The notes under the pieces are model-generated. The model was not told the DNA's origin. It saw nothing but the letters and a program-made list of their open reading frames with translations, and ran no database searches. From Tubiluchus corallicola (taxonomy: Eukaryota > Animalia > Priapulida): 64,000 bases of DNA. The translations under genes were made by a program, and so were the position numbers. The DNA lies in assembly GCA_030141605.1 (NCBI GenBank), contig JAQGDQ010000365.1:17950-81949 (forward strand), written 5' to 3'. This document shows positions 60,531 to 64,000 of the stretch, one piece after another (positions within the stretch are counted from its first letter, which is position 1; every line of letters starts with the position of its first letter).

Positions 60531-61685
60531 ATGCAATTTGACCAAGAGTTTGATGAACTAAGGCCTTACAGAGATGAGGAGGTAGCCGGTATCGCGAAGC
60601 GCTTAGCAGATGATCCGGTGTTTCATAAAGTGTTGATGAACTTCTATAAGGAGCCAGAGAAAGCAGAAGATATAAAGTCGTTATTAAGACAGACAACAAC
60701 TATTGAGGGCTTTCAAGATACTTTTGTTGTTTCGTTTCTTGATGGTATAATTACTTCGAGCACCAGAGGACTATATGCAGGAGGACTGGAATCTATTGAT
60801 AAGGATAAGAGTTATTTATTTATCTCCAATCACCGTGATATTATTCTAGATTCGGCATTAATGAATTATGAGTTGCGTCGAAATGGGCTGAAGAGTACGG
60901 AAATTGCAATAGGGAGCAATTTGCTTATCCATCAGTGGATTACCGATTTAGTAAAACTTAACAGAGCTTTTGTAGTAAAGCGTAACATTCCTGTAAGGCA
61001 AATGCTAGATGCATCTAGGTTACTGTCGCGATACATAAGAAGTATTATTAAGGCCAATGGAGATTCTATCTGGCTAGCACAGCGGGAGGGGCGTACTAAG
61101 GATGGGATGGATGAAACACAGGTTGCTGTACTTAAAATGCTAAACATGTCAAGCGAGAAGGGGTTTAAGGATGGGTTTAAGGAATTAAACATAGTGCCTC
61201 TTTCTATTTCGTATGAGATTGAGCCCTGTGGGAATGAGAAGGTTGCAGAGTTGCTTGCCCGGCAGGAGAATCCCGAGATTAAGAAATCGGAGCGAGATGA
61301 TTTGTGGAGCATGGTGAGTGGCCTAAAGAGGCAGAAGGGACGTGTTCACTTTCATTACGGAAAGCCTATTCAGGCAGACATAGAAGAGATTACTGGCAGC
61401 GATAGTAACGTAAATTCTGCACTGGAAAGGTTGGCGAAGTTTATTGATAAGCAAATACATATGAATTTTAAGCTATGGCCTAACAATTTTATTGCTTACG
61501 ATGAGTATAACAAAACAGATAAGTATAGTAACAGGTACACTGCAAAAGAGCGAGAGGAGTTTATTTTACTGACGCATAAGCGACTTAGGTTGGTGAATGC
61601 TGACCGTGATGATGCGATGAAGCTTTGGCTTAAAATGTACTCTACCCCTGTAGCGAACATTGAGAGCTATGAGGGCAAAGATTAG
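60531..61685 (+). CDS. Glycerolipid acyltransferase (PlsB/PlsC family)
   Basis: FDELRPY, SNHRDIILD (HxxxxD), WLAQREGRTKDG, VPLSISYE; start at MQFDQ. Confidence 0.88.
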   Translation: MQFDQEFDELRPYRDEEVAGIAKRLADDPVFHKVLMNFYKEPEKAEDIKSLLRQTTTIEGFQDTFVVSFLDGIITSSTRGLYAGGLESIDKDKSYLFISNHRDIILDSALMNYELRRNGLKSTEIAIGSNLLIHQWITDLVKLNRAFVVKRNIPVRQMLDASRLLSRYIRSIIKANGDSIWLAQREGRTKDGMDETQVAVLKMLNMSSEKGFKDGFKELNIVPLSISYEIEPCGNEKVAELLARQENPEIKKSERDDLWSMVSGLKRQKGRVHFHYGKPIQADIEEITGSDSNVNSALERLAKFIDKQIHMNFKLWPNNFIAYDEYNKTDKYSNRYTAKEREEFILLTHKRLRLVNADRDDAMKLWLKMYSTPVANIESYEGKD

Positions 61686-61722
61686 AAAGTTTTGCAAAAT
61701 ATGGACACGATCTCAAACCTCA

Positions 61723-62418
61723 TCAAACAAATTTGTAGCCAATGCCCTTGAGCGTTATAATGCGTTCACTGCCTACCTTTTCTCTTAATTTTCTTATATG
61801 CACATCAATTGTTCTGTCTCCTACTATTATATTTTCTCCCCACACAGTGTCATATATCTCTTTTCGTGTAAATACTTTCTCCGGTTTTGAAACCAAAAGG
61901 GACAGTAGTTCAAACTCCTTTCGTGGTAACACCATCTCTTTTTTGCCAACTTTTAAAAGAAAGCGCTCTTTGTCTATTATCAGGTTCCCGGCAGATATGA
62001 CTTTTCTTTTCTTTTCTGTATTTTCTACTACTCCTGTACGTTTTAAAAGGGCTTTTATTCTGCTTAGCAGCACCTTAGGGCGAACGGGTTTTGTAATATA
62101 GTCATCGGCTCCAGCTTCGAACCCGGCTATTTGAGAGTAGTCTTCGCCTCTGGCAGTTAGAAATGCAATAACTGTATTTTTGCATGTTGGAATTTTACGT
62201 ATCTCTTCGCAAGCTGCTATACCGTCCATTTCGGGCATCATTACATCCAGAATAATCAGGTCAGGCCTTTTTTTACGAGCCAATTTTATGGCTTCTACAC
62301 CATTGTGTGCAGTATAGACAATAAAGCCTTCTTTTTCAAGATTATAGCTAATGAATTCAAGAATGTCTTTCTCATCGTCAACGAGCAGTATTTTATGTTT
62401 ATTTTCCAGTTTTGTCAT
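61723..62418 (-). CDS. OmpR/PhoB family response regulator
   Basis: ILLVDDE, LDVMMP, FLTA, GADDYITKP, RTIDVHIRKLR. Confidence 0.95.
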   Translation of the reverse strand: MTKLENKHKILLVDDEKDILEFISYNLEKEGFIVYTAHNGVEAIKLARKKRPDLIILDVMMPEMDGIAACEEIRKIPTCKNTVIAFLTARGEDYSQIAGFEAGADDYITKPVRPKVLLSRIKALLKRTGVVENTEKKRKVISAGNLIIDKERFLLKVGKKEMVLPRKEFELLSLLVSKPEKVFTRKEIYDTVWGENIIVGDRTIDVHIRKLREKVGSERIITLKGIGYKFV

Positions 62419-62505
62419 TATAATATAAGTAATGTTGTTGAGTTAAAAAAAAGAGTAGGTATTTTGTTTTTACATAATTTTTTGGTGAGCGAGTATATAA
62501 AAGTT

Positions 62506-62631
62506 GAGACCTTTGTAAGTTCCATCTTCTTATTAACATTTTTGTCAAGGTCCTCATTCATATCAGTAGACTGTGTTTTTATAGAGTTTTTCTTCATACT
62601 TGTTCAAAATCTTTTGCCATGCAGATATTCC
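62506..62631 (+). mobile_element. Dispersed TIR repeat copy (followed by a possible partial right half to about 62684)
   Basis: GAGACCTTTGTAAGTTCCATCTTCTTATTAACATTTTTGTCAAGGTCCTCATTCATATCAGTAGACTGTG... Confidence 0.87.
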
Positions 62632-62768
62632 AAGCTATTTTCTTCTCAATTAAGTCTAAGTTTTCTATTAGTATAAGCGATCTCAGTGATATTCACCAGT
62701 ATTTTCAGGGTACTTCCAAAGTGTTAAAGTTAAGCAGATTTTGATATATTCTTCACCTTCTTTTTATC

Positions 62769-63806
62769 TTAATTTTTATAGTTTGTGCTTTTCATTAGGG
62801 TAAATACAAAAGAGGTGCCTTTTTCCGGTGTACTTTTGACCCGTATTGATTCTTCGTGTGCCTCTATAATATGTTTTACTATTGCCAGTCCAAGGCCTGT
62901 TCCTCCCTGTTCGCGAGAGCGACTTTTATCTACACGATAGAAGCGTTCAAATATACGGGGTAGATATTTTTCCTCTATTCCAATGCCATTATCACTGATT
63001 TTTAACAATATACGTTTTCCTGTATCGGTAATTTTGACTTTTACATAACCACCCTTATGCCCATATTTTAATGCGTTTACAACAAGATTGCTTACGACTT
63101 CAAAGATTCTGTTTTTATCGGCATGTACTATTATTTTCGATTGGTCGGGATTTGATGATAGGCTTAAGGCTATTTTACGCTTTTGCGCCTCCATTAGCTC
63201 CATTTCAAACACCTCTTTTACCAGGTTAACTATATTGAAGTTGCTATGATTCAGCTTGAGTTCTCCTGATTCAAGTTTTGTAATTGACTCCAGATCTTCT
63301 ATTACTCCTATTATTCGGTCAACACTTTTTTCTGCACGTTCCAAGTAAAGCCTATTTATTTCCGGATCATCTATTCCTCCATCAAGCAGAGTCAATATAA
63401 ACCCTTGTATATTAAATATTGGTGTTTTCAGTTCGTGAGAGACATTTCCCAAAAAGTCCTTTCGATATCTTTCAAGGTCTCTTAGCCTTGTGATTTCTGC
63501 CATACTATCTATTGGCCTTTCTTCATCTGTCTCTTTAGTCAATATGGTAGTATCACTTCCGCTATCCCTTTTATGTTGATAGGGGCTATTTTCTTCACGA
63601 GGAATTGATTTATAGTCGTTTTTAGTGTATGTTTTATTATTTATATATTTTATAAGTAAGAATGAAAGCACAAAGAACAGGAGAGCAAAAAACAGTATCC
63701 ATATTTTCCCTTTGTCGGGATAGGCCACGACGCTCATAAGACAAAACAGGAGGGTTAGCAGGCTCGATAGCAGTAATAGACTATTTTTTGGTGAGTAGGT
63801 TGCCAT
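62769..63806 (-). CDS. PhoR-like sensor histidine kinase
   Basis: Two TM helices, FLGNVSHELKTP, NLVVNALKY, DNGIG, FERFYRVDKSRSR..GGTGLGL. Confidence 0.94.
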   Translation of the reverse strand: MATYSPKNSLLLLSSLLTLLFCLMSVVAYPDKGKIWILFFALLFFVLSFLLIKYINNKTYTKNDYKSIPREENSPYQHKRDSGSDTTILTKETDEERPIDSMAEITRLRDLERYRKDFLGNVSHELKTPIFNIQGFILTLLDGGIDDPEINRLYLERAEKSVDRIIGVIEDLESITKLESGELKLNHSNFNIVNLVKEVFEMELMEAQKRKIALSLSSNPDQSKIIVHADKNRIFEVVSNLVVNALKYGHKGGYVKVKITDTGKRILLKISDNGIGIEEKYLPRIFERFYRVDKSRSREQGGTGLGLAIVKHIIEAHEESIRVKSTPEKGTSFVFTLMKSTNYKN

Positions 63807-63864
63807 TATTAGGTGTGGTATTAAGTGTTAAAGTATACTTATCACAGATCCATCATGATATTAC

Positions 63865-63994
63865 GAGGCCCTTATAAAGTTTATTTTTCTATTAGCTTTT
63901 TGTTTAAATTCTCTGAAGAGGCCTTATTTACACTGGGTTTTCCATCAAGTTTTTCTTCAATATGAGTCAAAGTCTTTCGCCTTGCAAAGGTCTC
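63865..63994 (+). mobile_element. Dispersed TIR repeat copy
   Basis: GAGGCCCTTATAAAG...AAGTTTTTCTTCAATATGAGTCAAAGTCTTTCGCCTTGCAAAGGTCTC. Confidence 0.87.
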
Positions 63995-64000
63995 ATTATT

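Overview
Core chromosomal region of an AT-rich Bacteroidota bacterium, probably an anaerobic Marinilabiliales/Prolixibacteraceae-like organism. This placement is inferred from SusC/SusD, gldD/gldE, the porG-uppS-bamA-ompH-ompH block, hydE and TAnnTTTG promoters. About 52 CDSs, mostly housekeeping, plus one IS256-family element. The main unexplained feature is a dispersed ~125-140 bp intergenic element with GAGACCTTTGCAA...TTGCAAAGGTCTC ends. I count about 19 divergent copies. Their orientation ignores neighbouring gene direction but follows GC skew: 18 lie on one strand, and the single inverted copy sits in the opposite-skew segment left of the IS256. That IS has a tandem-duplicated right end, no clean target duplication, and abuts the 3' ends of both lysC and hydE, so it looks like an inversion breakpoint. 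Other oddities are a Lys-rich tandem-repeat tail on LptB, an ECF sigma cassette with two identical-spacing TAAACC-N15-AGTC promoters and a repeat copy in its leader, and a LexA/CI-like repressor lacking its catalytic Lys. No rRNA, tRNA or CRISPR array was seen. Repeat boundaries and skew were judged by eye.
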